IMG/VR virus record: IMGVR_UViG_3300025282_000042
Span: 1-55,223 of that record
Length of the DNA stretch: 55,223 nucleotides
Direction: 5' to 3' (one strand)
DNA from: a virus
Lineage: Duplodnaviria > Caudoviricetes
The position numbers were made by a program, and so were the translations under genes. The notes beneath the pieces are model-generated. The model had not been told where the DNA came from. It saw nothing but the letters and a program-made list of their open reading frames with translations, and ran no database searches. Position 1 is the stretch's first letter; every line of letters begins with the position of its first letter. This document shows, piece by piece, positions 27,942-36,284 of the stretch.

Positions 27942-28058
27942 ATGAATTTAAGACGTGAAAACGATGTGAAAAAATCAAATATTAGGCATTTAATTAACTG
28001 CCTAACCTTGATTACCATTACACTGATTGTTTGCATGACAGTTATAGACCTTTTGTAA
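27942..28058 (+). CDS. Small membrane peptide (38 aa, MNLRRENDVKKSNIRHLINCLTLITITLIVCMTVIDLL)
   Basis: Same leader (AACCATAGCAAAGGAGATGGGTATG) as the previous cassette; hydrophobic C-terminal half. Confidence 0.55.
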   Translation: MNLRRENDVKKSNIRHLINCLTLITITLIVCMTVIDLL

Positions 28059-28117
28059 AAGACTTTTGAAGGTGAGGGAGCATCCTTTAGGATGTTCCCT
28101 ATCCTTGAACAGTCTTT
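28058..28117 (+). repeat. Family-2 hairpin copy 3
   Basis: AAAGACT..GGGAGCATCCT-TT-AGGATGTTCCC..AGTCTTT; 198 nt after copy 2. Confidence 0.85.
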
Positions 28118-28145
28118 GACCATAGCAAAGGAAGGAAAGTAAATT

Positions 28146-28490
28146 ATGAACGAAATAAATAATTTAGCTGAAGTCTACGGTTCCTACGCTGATTACCATT
28201 CCGCTGTATCAAAAACTATTAAAGAAACTGTGGACTGGGCAGATAAAAGATTAAATAAAATAATAAGGCTCAGACTATTAAGTGATCCCTGTTTTCCTGC
28301 TTGGGATATTTCTTATTGTCATGGTCAACTCAAAGACGGGACTTTTGTAAATGTGGAGTTGCCTTTTCCCGACGGCCAGCTTCCGAAAGGTAAAGGTAGG
28401 ATCACTAAAGCTATCCTTGCAGAAGCCAAAGTAGATGGTGTTTATGCCAAAGGATTAGGTATTTTCAATGCAATAAGTTGTCTTTCATAA
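28146..28490 (+). CDS. Early hypothetical protein
   Basis: 114 aa; AAGGA RBS; RLRLLSDP.FP.WDISYCHG motif. Confidence 0.7.
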   Translation: MNEINNLAEVYGSYADYHSAVSKTIKETVDWADKRLNKIIRLRLLSDPCFPAWDISYCHGQLKDGTFVNVELPFPDGQLPKGKGRITKAILAEAKVDGVYAKGLGIFNAISCLS

Positions 28491-28509
28491 CAAAGGAAGG
28501 ATAGTAAAA

Positions 28510-28752
28510 ATGTATAATCCAAATTGTGAGGAAGGTTTTGTTACTTTTCATGGCATAGATAAAGGTTATCCAGAAAATAAAATTATTTATGTAGAGGAAC
28601 GAGACAACTATGGATCGAAAAGAATATATCCTATTTGTCCTAAAGGAAGGCTCTTTGCAAGACTTGCAGGAACAAAGACACTCACTCTGGAAGTGATTGA
28701 AACTATTAAGAAACTAGGATATACTATTATAGAAGAAGGAAAAATTCTATGA
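28510..28752 (+). CDS. Early conserved hypothetical protein
   Basis: NYG..IYP.C..FA.LAG.KTLT..IK.LGY motif. Confidence 0.7.
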   Translation: MYNPNCEEGFVTFHGIDKGYPENKIIYVEERDNYGSKRIYPICPKGRLFARLAGTKTLTLEVIETIKKLGYTIIEEGKIL

Positions 28753-29486
28753 GCCATATAATCTATGATGGTCCATCCCTACTTGATGGAAAACCTATTG
28801 TTGCTATAGCCTTACAAGGTAAGTCTAACAATGACAAAACTGGTGACATGGTACAAACTTATATACTTTGTAAGGATACTGATCCAAGGATAGCTAATAA
28901 AAACGGGTTAGATTATTCTATCTGTGGTGATTGTATCCATCGCGGCATACCACACAATGATCCGAAAAAGAAACTTGCAAAGAAAAGAACTTGCTATGTA
29001 TTTATTGGTCAAGGTCCAGTGCTGGTATACAAGGCTTACAAAGCTGGTAAATATATCAAAATTACAACTCACAAAGATATATCTGAAATAGGGGATGGAC
29101 GTAGTGTCAGGTTAGGCACTTATGGCGATCCTTCAGCAGTACCAGCTTATGTATGGGAAAGTTTACTGTCTAAAAGCTCTGGGCATACAGCATATAGTCA
29201 CCAGAAAGATATAGAAAATGCTGACTTCCAGCCCAAGTTTATGATGGAAAGTGCAGATACTTTGAAACAAGCAATGGATGCTTGGTCTAAAGATCATAGA
29301 ACATACCGTACCATAGCGTCTATGGATGAGATAGTTAAAGGAAAAGAAATACTTTGTCCTGCAAGCAAAGAGGCTGGGCGAAGAACACAGTGTACCAAGT
29401 GCTTGCTATGTTCTGGCTCTCAAATTAAAGCTAAGTCCATAGCTATAGTGGTGCATGGTAATGGTGCAGTACATTACACACAATAA
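28749..29486 (+). CDS. Cys-rich, gp88-like / radical-SAM-like putative Fe-S protein
   Basis: N.KTG.M.QT, CGDC.H, CYV, RLG.YGDP, T.YSHQ, CPA and CTKCLLC motifs. Confidence 0.55.
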   Translation: MSHIIYDGPSLLDGKPIVAIALQGKSNNDKTGDMVQTYILCKDTDPRIANKNGLDYSICGDCIHRGIPHNDPKKKLAKKRTCYVFIGQGPVLVYKAYKAGKYIKITTHKDISEIGDGRSVRLGTYGDPSAVPAYVWESLLSKSSGHTAYSHQKDIENADFQPKFMMESADTLKQAMDAWSKDHRTYRTIASMDEIVKGKEILCPASKEAGRRTQCTKCLLCSGSQIKAKSIAIVVHGNGAVHYTQ

Positions 29487-29498
29487 AAGGAAAAGAAA

Positions 29499-29648
29499 AT
29501 GGATGAAATAAAAAGATTATTACTAAATGCAAGAGATAGTCTTGAATGGATTATGGGTAGACCAGAATGGGAAAGTTTATCTGAAGGGTCTAGTGCAAGT
29601 GAGATAGTAGAAGAAATAGATAGAATTTTTGGAAGGAAAATAAAATGA
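29499..29648 (+). CDS. Hypothetical protein (49 aa)
   Basis: AAGGA RBS; below the track cutoff; coupled to the next ORF. Confidence 0.5.
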   Translation: MDEIKRLLLNARDSLEWIMGRPEWESLSEGSSASEIVEEIDRIFGRKIK

Positions 29649-29824
29649 GTAAAATTAAAAATCTTACTATGCAAATTGAAGAGTTCTGTGATGGCTATTT
29701 CTATGGTGGTGAAGTCGATTTTACTATCGAAGAAGTATCCGAAGATGTAGAGAAATACTTTAGCTCTGCCGATGCAGGAAAATATGCAAAGAATTATATT
29801 GAAAAAACACTAAAGGATTTATGA
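29645..29824 (+). CDS. Hypothetical protein (59 aa, MSKIKNLTM...)
   Basis: ATGA overlap with the previous ORF; AAGGA RBS. Confidence 0.5.
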   Translation: MSKIKNLTMQIEEFCDGYFYGGEVDFTIEEVSEDVEKYFSSADAGKYAKNYIEKTLKDL

Positions 29825-29825
29825 T

Positions 29826-30035
29826 ATGATTACAGGATATGATGTAACAGTCTTCAGAGAAGTGACACAGAAAACAGAACTTACAATCTTTAATCACTTT
29901 GTCAACTTAACTGAAGATCAAATAAAGAAACTTGCTCTTAAGGAACTCGATGAAATACCAGACTATGATTGGTTTAATTTAGAAATACATGAAGAAACAG
30001 TAGTTGTGGGCAAGGACTTAAAGGAAGGAAAATAA
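29826..30035 (+). CDS. Hypothetical protein
   Basis: 69 aa; AAGGA RBS; operon packing. Confidence 0.55.
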   Translation: MITGYDVTVFREVTQKTELTIFNHFVNLTEDQIKKLALKELDEIPDYDWFNLEIHEETVVVGKDLKEGK

Positions 30036-30036
30036 A

Positions 30037-30195
30037 ATGAATGTAGAACAACGAGTAGAAAACTTGATGGCAGAAGCCAAGTCGAGTAGGCGTAGAGGTT
30101 GGGCCATGTCAGAAATTCTTAAAGAGTTTAAGGATAAAAAGGAACAGGCCAAGGCAAGGGAGTATATCATAGATAAATATGGGAGTGCATCCTGA
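30037..30195 (+). CDS. Hypothetical protein (52 aa, MNVEQRVENL...)
   Basis: AAGGA RBS; below the track cutoff. Confidence 0.5.
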   Translation: MNVEQRVENLMAEAKSSRRRGWAMSEILKEFKDKKEQAKAREYIIDKYGSAS

Positions 30196-30213
30196 TTGCC
30201 GAAGTCCAATAGG

Positions 30214-30265
30214 CTATATAGACCCTATAGAGTGAGTTCTACGAACTCTATAGGGTTCTATATAG
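30214..30265 (+). repeat. Family-1 hairpin copy D (swapped core)
   Basis: CTATATAGACCCTATA-GAGT-GAGTTC-TAC-GAACTC-TATAGGG(T)TCTATATAG. Confidence 0.9.
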
Positions 30266-30269
30266 TTAG

Positions 30270-30298
30270 TTGCGTCAACCCACCAACAGTGATATAAT
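30270..30298 (+). promoter_or_regulatory. Sigma70-like promoter
   Basis: TTGCGT-N17-TATAAT with extended TG, followed by AGGAG RBS and ATG at 30318. Confidence 0.7.
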
Positions 30299-30317
30299 TA
30301 CTTAGGAGATTAAACAG

Positions 30318-30545
30318 ATGAAGTACGATCACCAGATGCCAGAAATTAATTTACACGAAGTTAATGAAGTTACGGCAGAAAGAACTAATCACAATTACTT
30401 TTCAACTACAAGGGTAAGGGTTGGTAGTGAGAATGGTGGAGGATTAAAAGCTGTATTATATCATGACCCTGACTTAGTGATAGAGGTAAAGGTAAGGAAA
30501 CGTACAGATGCAGAAAAGAAAAGAGAAGAAAAGAAAGCTGCCTAA
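30318..30545 (+). CDS. Hypothetical protein
   Basis: 75 aa; AGGAG RBS. Confidence 0.65.
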   Translation: MKYDHQMPEINLHEVNEVTAERTNHNYFSTTRVRVGSENGGGLKAVLYHDPDLVIEVKVRKRTDAEKKREEKKAA

Positions 30546-30654
30546 GAACAGGAGTAAGGCTGCTTCTGTCCTGTGGCGTTTAGGTCATCCTGTCGTGCCA
30601 CCAAAGCGTGGCAGGTTGGCTCCCTATAAAAGAAAAAAGAAAGAGTGGGGATAA
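30508..30654 (+). CDS. Small basic protein, weak ArfA-like pattern (48 aa)
   Basis: MQKRKEKKRKLPKNRSKAASVLWRLGHPVVPPKRGRLAPYKRKKKEWG; AAGGA RBS; fills the gap to the next ATG. Confidence 0.4.
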   Translation: MQKRKEKKRKLPKNRSKAASVLWRLGHPVVPPKRGRLAPYKRKKKEWG

Positions 30655-30657
30655 ACG

Positions 30658-30927
30658 ATGCAATATTGGAACACATTTAATGGAAGAAGGAGTAGTAACG
30701 TGTCACTACAAAATGAAAATAACAAAGGTATAGAGGAGCGTTTAAGTAAAATAGAGGAACGCTTAGACATGATAGATAATTTTTTAAATAACAATACAAC
30801 AAGTTACAGTAGCTTCGCCACCGCCAAAGATTTATATGAACAGTCAGACTTGCGTGACGAGGTTAGGGGCTTCGTGGAAAGAGATTTTTATATTTCCTCT
30901 AACATTGAGATTAGGAGCGCAAGATGA
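30658..30927 (+). CDS. Hypothetical protein
   Basis: ORF track; alternative GTG start at about 30700 with AAGGAG RBS. Confidence 0.5.
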   Translation: MQYWNTFNGRRSSNVSLQNENNKGIEERLSKIEERLDMIDNFLNNNTTSYSSFATAKDLYEQSDLRDEVRGFVERDFYISSNIEIRSAR

Positions 30928-30981
30928 TTGAAACAATTCTTATTACAACTGCAGTACTATTAATTGTTGATTTGTTTCTGA

Positions 30982-31185
30982 GTGGAGTATTATAAAATGG
31001 TAGAGATATATAACTTCAGAGCTATAAGAGAAGATGTCCTTGATAAAAAGGGATTACTAACTATGGAAGATGAAGTAAGGGTTGACATGTTAGAGCGTGG
31101 TCTAAATCCTACATCTTCCAAAGATATAAAAGAGTTCTGGAATATAATATCAAAAGGAAAAATAGCAAATGAGCAACATACATAA
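30982..31185 (+). CDS. Hypothetical protein
   Basis: ORF in a coupled series. Confidence 0.5.
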   Translation: MEYYKMVEIYNFRAIREDVLDKKGLLTMEDEVRVDMLERGLNPTSSKDIKEFWNIISKGKIANEQHT

Positions 31186-31402
31186 CGACGAAATATTAGA
31201 AAATATTTACGATACAGTCTATGAAGAACTTATTAAAGCTGGGCATCCACCCAGTGCGGCAGAATATGTTGGTCAAATCTTGGCAAGAAAAATATTTGAT
31301 GAAGAAGATGTAACTTCTTTGGATTTATTTACTGCATGTAAGGATTATTGCGCCCAGAACTGGTGGAGTTTAAAGAAAGGAAAAGACGATGGGAAATCAT
31401 AA
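31169..31402 (+). CDS. Hypothetical protein
   Basis: AAGGA RBS; MSN.HN.E.LE.IY motif. Confidence 0.6.
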   Translation: MSNIHNDEILENIYDTVYEELIKAGHPPSAAEYVGQILARKIFDEEDVTSLDLFTACKDYCAQNWWSLKKGKDDGKS

Positions 31403-31742
31403 ACCATATTTAAGTCATGATGAAATAAGCTACAACATATCAGAGTATCTCTGTACAGTAGCTGGTGTAGATAGCATTACAGATATATCTTTAGATGAAA
31501 TAAATAGTTACATGTCTGGCTTAGAAGATTTTTATAATAAAGAATCTAATGACGTATACAAAAATTCATGTGACGATTCGGACTGCTTCTGTCGCAAACA
31601 ACTGGATTGGCCGGATAATATTCGAGATGGTTGTGAACGGGAAGCCGCCTATAATAGAGAAGCTAAGACTGCTCACAATCCCTTTTCTTCTGTAAGAAAC
31701 ATTGTGGGTTCTGCAGTCATGTCTACATTTAAGGGTACATAA
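31389..31742 (+). CDS. Hypothetical protein
   Basis: AAGGA RBS; overlaps the previous ORF. Confidence 0.55.
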   Translation: MGNHKPYLSHDEISYNISEYLCTVAGVDSITDISLDEINSYMSGLEDFYNKESNDVYKNSCDDSDCFCRKQLDWPDNIRDGCEREAAYNREAKTAHNPFSSVRNIVGSAVMSTFKGT

Positions 31743-31743
31743 A

Positions 31744-31947
31744 ATGAAAAGTAAATTAAAAGTTATCCATGATATTATTAAAGGTAAAAATTCCCCAAAC
31801 TTTAACAAGTTAAATAGAATAGGATGGATACTATTTCCTTCCCTGTGTATGTTAAAAGATAGACTTGTTGCTAAAAGAAAATATAAAAGAGATATTAAAC
31901 TTGGTAAGGCTGTTATTAAAAACGGAATGAAACTTTATTACGAATAG
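31744..31947 (+). CDS. Hypothetical basic protein
   Basis: ATG directly after the previous stop. Confidence 0.45.
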   Translation: MKSKLKVIHDIIKGKNSPNFNKLNRIGWILFPSLCMLKDRLVAKRKYKRDIKLGKAVIKNGMKLYYE

Positions 31948-31956
31948 GAGAAGGCT

Positions 31957-32187
31957 ATGCCAGTAATTAAACCAACACATTCCCCAAGAATAGAGTATGT
32001 AACAAGAGAAGTAGATAATAAAAGAGTTAAGTGGGTTGAGAAATCCCTGTCTTCTTTATCCTCTTTAGAAGAAATAAAACAAATAAATCCCTTTACAGGT
32101 AAGCGTAACTGGTGTTATGATCACTATGTATGGGTCATAGAAAGTGTTCGTGATCCTAACTGTGCTAAACTTTCTAGGAGAAAGTAA
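31957..32187 (+). CDS. Hypothetical protein
   Basis: AGGAG RBS; 76 aa. Confidence 0.6.
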   Translation: MPVIKPTHSPRIEYVTREVDNKRVKWVEKSLSSLSSLEEIKQINPFTGKRNWCYDHYVWVIESVRDPNCAKLSRRK

Positions 32188-32664
32188 ATGGAACTAATGT
32201 TAATGAACGATGGGTTATATATACATACAGACACCACTAAAGAAGAGAACAATAATGAAAAAAAGAAGCACAGGCAGATACTAATAGATAGATTAGACGT
32301 TTTTAGTTTAGAAGATTTAATCTTTAAGTTTATTAATAAATTAAAAAAAGTACCTAACTCTCAGGCTATTCATGATTTATCAGAAGTAAATAATTGGCTT
32401 TATAATTATCAAATAGATTTAGGGGATGCAATAGAGCAACGTAAGCAGGAGAGTTTACTAGATAAACTTAAAGAATTACGCAATGAAATTCTTACAGGTG
32501 AGAAAGAAACTGCAGCAACTAATATAGGGAGTGGTGAATTTTCTTATATGAAAGAGCCTTATGATGTACATAAAGCAATCAGAATAAAACTAGATGATAT
32601 AATAAATAATCATCAGTTTTTAACTGACTTTGGTTCAATTGAGGGAGGTAAGATGAACAGCTAA
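32188..32664 (+). CDS. Hypothetical protein
   Basis: AGGAG RBS; 158 aa, helical. Confidence 0.6.
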   Translation: MELMLMNDGLYIHTDTTKEENNNEKKKHRQILIDRLDVFSLEDLIFKFINKLKKVPNSQAIHDLSEVNNWLYNYQIDLGDAIEQRKQESLLDKLKELRNEILTGEKETAATNIGSGEFSYMKEPYDVHKAIRIKLDDIINNHQFLTDFGSIEGGKMNS

Positions 32665-32849
32665 TGGCTGTTACTGAGATAGAAGAAATAGTATTTAGAT
32701 TAAAAGCAGTCCAAAGAGGTATTGAACAAATACCATTTAATTCTATGGAACAGGAACTCATATGGAGGAGTATATATGAAGAGATAAAACAAATACAGGA
32801 AACATTAGAAGAAGATGAAGCATTTAAAACTGAAATAGTTATTAACTAA
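32664..32849 (+). CDS. Hypothetical protein
   Basis: TAATG coupling; 61 aa. Confidence 0.55.
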   Translation: MAVTEIEEIVFRLKAVQRGIEQIPFNSMEQELIWRSIYEEIKQIQETLEEDEAFKTEIVIN

Positions 32850-32861
32850 AGGAAGAAACTT

Positions 32862-33764
32862 ATGCTAGAACATTTAACATCTACCAAAGATAGAAATATA
32901 TTTTTCCCAGTATTTTCAGAACCTGTTCGTGGACTTTTTAGTGGTCTAGAAGCATCTAAGAAAAAGATGCTTACGACATGGACTTCAAAGGATGAGTATC
33001 GTGAAAACCTTTCAAAGAAATATCTGTCTGTCGTCAACGAAAATTACAGAGTTGTAGAGAATAAAGAAATTCTTCTACCTTTACAGGAGCAGATGGTAAA
33101 TTACTTTGATCCCACAGTTCTAAAAGGAATAAAAATTAAGGATACAATCCTTAAAGATGGTGCGGTATGCTGGTCAGAGTATACCTTCCCAGATATTTCT
33201 CAGGAGATTACAGCAAAGAGTGGACACAAAACAAAGTTTAATCTTAGATATATTCTTAAGAATACCTTTGATGGAAGTGGCTCGGTCATGTTGTACAGTG
33301 GGGATATTGATACCTTCTGCACTAATGGAATGATCTCTGGATCATATGACATTACAAAGAAAAGGCATACAAAGAACTTCAATACAGAAGGTTTCCTAGA
33401 TGCTTTTGATAAGACATTAGTGACCCATAAGCAACAGGTAGAGAAGTATCAGAAATGGGCTGACACGTTTATCTCTGCACCAAGAGTTAGGAAGCTGTTG
33501 GAAAATCTTACAAAATCTCCAATGCAAAAGAAGAAGAAACATACACTCTCTGACAGACTGTATCGCCAGTTTGCTGAAGAGGTAAAAACCAGAGGCCAGA
33601 CTGTCTTTGCTTTGACCTCTGCAATGAGTGCCTATGCTTCCCATAACTCACCCCGTTTCCCTGTTTCCAAGGCAGGTGATGCAGGAACTTTGTTAAAGAG
33701 ACAAGAAAGAGTTGGAGCATGGCTTAATTCTTATCACTTTAAAGCTATGCTAGAGCATGTCTAA
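32862..33764 (+). CDS. DUF932/DUF945-family protein
   Basis: VV..NY.VV.N, NTFDGSGS, FCTNGMI, KKRHT and W/F.L.SAM..YASH motifs. Confidence 0.7.
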   Translation: MLEHLTSTKDRNIFFPVFSEPVRGLFSGLEASKKKMLTTWTSKDEYRENLSKKYLSVVNENYRVVENKEILLPLQEQMVNYFDPTVLKGIKIKDTILKDGAVCWSEYTFPDISQEITAKSGHKTKFNLRYILKNTFDGSGSVMLYSGDIDTFCTNGMISGSYDITKKRHTKNFNTEGFLDAFDKTLVTHKQQVEKYQKWADTFISAPRVRKLLENLTKSPMQKKKKHTLSDRLYRQFAEEVKTRGQTVFALTSAMSAYASHNSPRFPVSKAGDAGTLLKRQERVGAWLNSYHFKAMLEHV

Positions 33765-34249
33765 TGAAAAAGTATTTACTATGGGGAGTCTTTATGGCTC
33801 CCCTTTTTTTGTGTATGTCTGCTAAAGCTGGCATGCTAACCCTCCAAAAACAGATCACTTGTTTAACAGAGGCTATTTATTTTGAGGCTAGGGGTGAGAA
33901 TTTTATTGGACAACTAGCAGTAGCTAATGTTATACTGAACAGAGTTCGGCATGTTAAATTTCCTAACACAGTATGTGACGTGGTGCATGAAGGACGTTAC
34001 TGGAAAGGTAATCCAGTCAGAAACAAGTGCCAATTTTCTTATTGGTGTGATGGTAAGTCAGAGAAAATGAAAGACAAGACTGCTTTAGAACAAGCTAAAA
34101 ACATAGCAATCCTTTCCCTAGCTGGTGCTAGAATAGACAGGATGGAAAATGTTTTATACTATCACGCATCTTATATGCGACCCTACTGGATTTCTTATGT
34201 AGATAGGGTAGAGAAAATAGGAACCCATATATTTTACAGGAGTAAATAG
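33764..34249 (+). CDS. Cell wall hydrolase, SleB/Hydrolase_2 family
   Basis: CL.EAIYFEARGE..GQLAVANVILNRV..FPNTVCDVV..CQFSYWCDG..YYHA..IG.HIFY; N-terminal signal/anchor. Confidence 0.9.
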   Translation: MKKYLLWGVFMAPLFLCMSAKAGMLTLQKQITCLTEAIYFEARGENFIGQLAVANVILNRVRHVKFPNTVCDVVHEGRYWKGNPVRNKCQFSYWCDGKSEKMKDKTALEQAKNIAILSLAGARIDRMENVLYYHASYMRPYWISYVDRVEKIGTHIFYRSK

Positions 34250-34250
34250 G

Positions 34251-34442
34251 ATGTCTAAAAATCTTTGGGATAAAGATAGAAAAGTTATTGTGCGTCAACT
34301 CATTAAAGAATATTTAGAAGAAGGCTATTCAATTAAGGAAGCAAAGAAGTATGCTAGTGAAGAAGCTAATGAAGTTATGGCAGATAAAATGTCTTTTGTA
34401 GAGAATATTCAAAATGAGGCATGGGAGAATGAGGATGGATAG
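34251..34442 (+). CDS. Hypothetical protein
   Basis: 63 aa; Y.EEGY..KEAK..A motif. Confidence 0.6.
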   Translation: MSKNLWDKDRKVIVRQLIKEYLEEGYSIKEAKKYASEEANEVMADKMSFVENIQNEAWENEDG

Positions 34443-34644
34443 ATGGATGGTGCGTCTAAAGAATAAAAATCAAACAGCAAGTTGGAGATTTAATTCAAAA
34501 AGAAAAGCAGAAGACTTTTTAAATGATAGAAGAAAACTTGTGCAACACTTAGGATATGACCCCGATCAGGTGTACTTATTAGTTCCTGTAGAGAGAGTTC
34601 TTACGAACTCTACAGGGACTAATAAAAATAGGAGAGGAGTATGA
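34435..34644 (+). CDS. Hypothetical protein
   Basis: Coupled to both neighbours; its 3' end contains hairpin E. Confidence 0.5.
   Translation: MDRWMVRLKNKNQTASWRFNSKRKAEDFLNDRRKLVQHLGYDPDQVYLLVPVERVLTNSTGTNKNRRGV
34576..34625 (+). repeat. Family-1 hairpin copy E (swapped core)
   Basis: TTATTAGTTCCTGTA-GAGA-GAGTTC-TTAC-GAACTC-TACAGGGACTAATAA, just upstream of the primase-helicase RBS. Confidence 0.85.
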
Positions 34645-36284
34645 CTAGTCAATTTATTAAACACGTTGCTTGTGAAAATTGCGGATCATCTGATGGTAAT
34701 GGTTTATATGATGATGGTCATCAGTATTGTTTTGTCTGTGAAACATTTATTTCTAATGAGGAAGGTGACGAAATGCCAGACACTGTAAAGAAGGCTCCCA
34801 TACAGGGAGTATATACAAACATTTTATCTAAGGGAATTCTATCTGAAATTCCTGATAGGCGATTAACTTTATCTACTTGTAAGTCTTACGGAGTTACAGT
34901 TGAGCTAACTAATGAGGCTGTTACAAAACATATATATCCTTATTATAATGCTGAAGGACATCATGTAGGAAATAAAACTAGGGTAGTAGCAACAAAAGAA
35001 TTTAGATCAGAAGGTAATATAAGTGATGGTGTTCTGTTTGGTCAGAACAAGTTTGATCCAACAGGAAAGTATATTACTGTTACAGAGGGAGAGCTAGACG
35101 CATTGGCATGTTACCAAATATTTGGTTCTAAATGGCCTTGTGTTTCAGTTAAGTCTGCTTCTTCAGCATTAGCAGACTGTAAGAAAAACTTTAAGTATTT
35201 AAATTCTTTTGATAATATTGTATTATGTTTTGATAATGATCTGGCAGGAAGAACTGCAGCCAATAAAGTTGCAGCTATTTTCGAGCCACATAAATGTAAG
35301 ATTGTAAATCTTAAATCTTTTAAAGATGCAAGTGATTATCTAAAGGCTGGACAAAGGGAAGAGTTCATTCAGCTATGGTGGAATGCTACACCTTATACTC
35401 CTGCTGGTCTTATAAATCTAGGAACTCTTGGTTCTTCTTTATATGAAGAAAATTATTGTGAAACTGTGAGCTATCCTTGGACTGGACTTAATGAGAAAAT
35501 CTATGGGATAAGAACTGGTGAGCTTGTTACCTTTACCAGTGGTACTGGGATGGGTAAGAGTAGTGTACTCAGAGAGTTAATGTATCACATTATGAAAAAT
35601 ACAGAGGATAACATAGGGATATTTGCTTTAGAGGAAAGCATAAAGAATACTGCATTTAATATCATGTCCGTAGAGGCTAACCAAAGATTATACATTAAGG
35701 AAATCAGAGATACATTTTCATTAGAACAGCTAAAGGAGTGGGAGAATAATACCATTGGAACGAATAGGTTTGTAGCCTTCGATCACTTTGGTTCTATGTC
35801 TAATGAAGATATCCTTGGGCTTGTCAGGTTTATGTCTAATGCACTGGACTGTAAGTGGGTAGTTCTTGACCATATATCAATGGTTATTTCTGGACAGCAG
35901 GACGGGGATGAAAGACGTAACATAGATAACTTGATGACTAACTTAAGAAAGATCGTCGAGGAGTGTAATATTTCTCTGCTTGTTGTGTCTCACCTCAGAA
36001 GGACATCTTCTGATAGAGGACATGAGGAAGGAAGAGAAGTATCTTTAGCCCACCTTAGAGGATCACAGAGCATAGCTCAACTGTCTGATGCTGTTATAGC
36101 CTTAGAACGTAACCAACAGTCTGAAGACCCAACAGAAGCGAACACTACAACCATAAGGATATTGAAAAATAGATATACAGGAGAGACAGGTATAGCTACC
36201 TACTTGTTTTATGATAAGGAAAGTGGTAGAATGTCAGAAATATCTAATCCTTTTGAAGGAGACAGCGATGAGGTGCATAGTTGA
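34641..36284 (+). CDS. DNA primase-helicase (T7 gp4-like)
   Basis: Zn finger CENCGSSD..CFVC; TOPRIM TEGELDA and FDND; Walker A SGTGMGKS; LDHIS, VSHLRR, LRGSQSIAQLSD and LKNRYTGETG. Confidence 0.95.
   Translation: MTSQFIKHVACENCGSSDGNGLYDDGHQYCFVCETFISNEEGDEMPDTVKKAPIQGVYTNILSKGILSEIPDRRLTLSTCKSYGVTVELTNEAVTKHIYPYYNAEGHHVGNKTRVVATKEFRSEGNISDGVLFGQNKFDPTGKYITVTEGELDALACYQIFGSKWPCVSVKSASSALADCKKNFKYLNSFDNIVLCFDNDLAGRTAANKVAAIFEPHKCKIVNLKSFKDASDYLKAGQREEFIQLWWNATPYTPAGLINLGTLGSSLYEENYCETVSYPWTGLNEKIYGIRTGELVTFTSGTGMGKSSVLRELMYHIMKNTEDNIGIFALEESIKNTAFNIMSVEANQRLYIKEIRDTFSLEQLKEWENNTIGTNRFVAFDHFGSMSNEDILGLVRFMSNALDCKWVVLDHISMVISGQQDGDERRNIDNLMTNLRKIVEECNISLLVVSHLRRTSSDRGHEEGREVSLAHLRGSQSIAQLSDAVIALERNQQSEDPTEANTTTIRILKNRYTGETGIATYLFYDKESGRMSEISNPFEGDSDEVHS

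Noticed and set aside
27127-28133. Early-region repeats as a CRISPR array
   Set aside because: Units are 50-90 bp, irregularly spaced and separated by RBS-bearing ORFs; no cas operon (the Cas4-like gene is a replication-module exonuclease).
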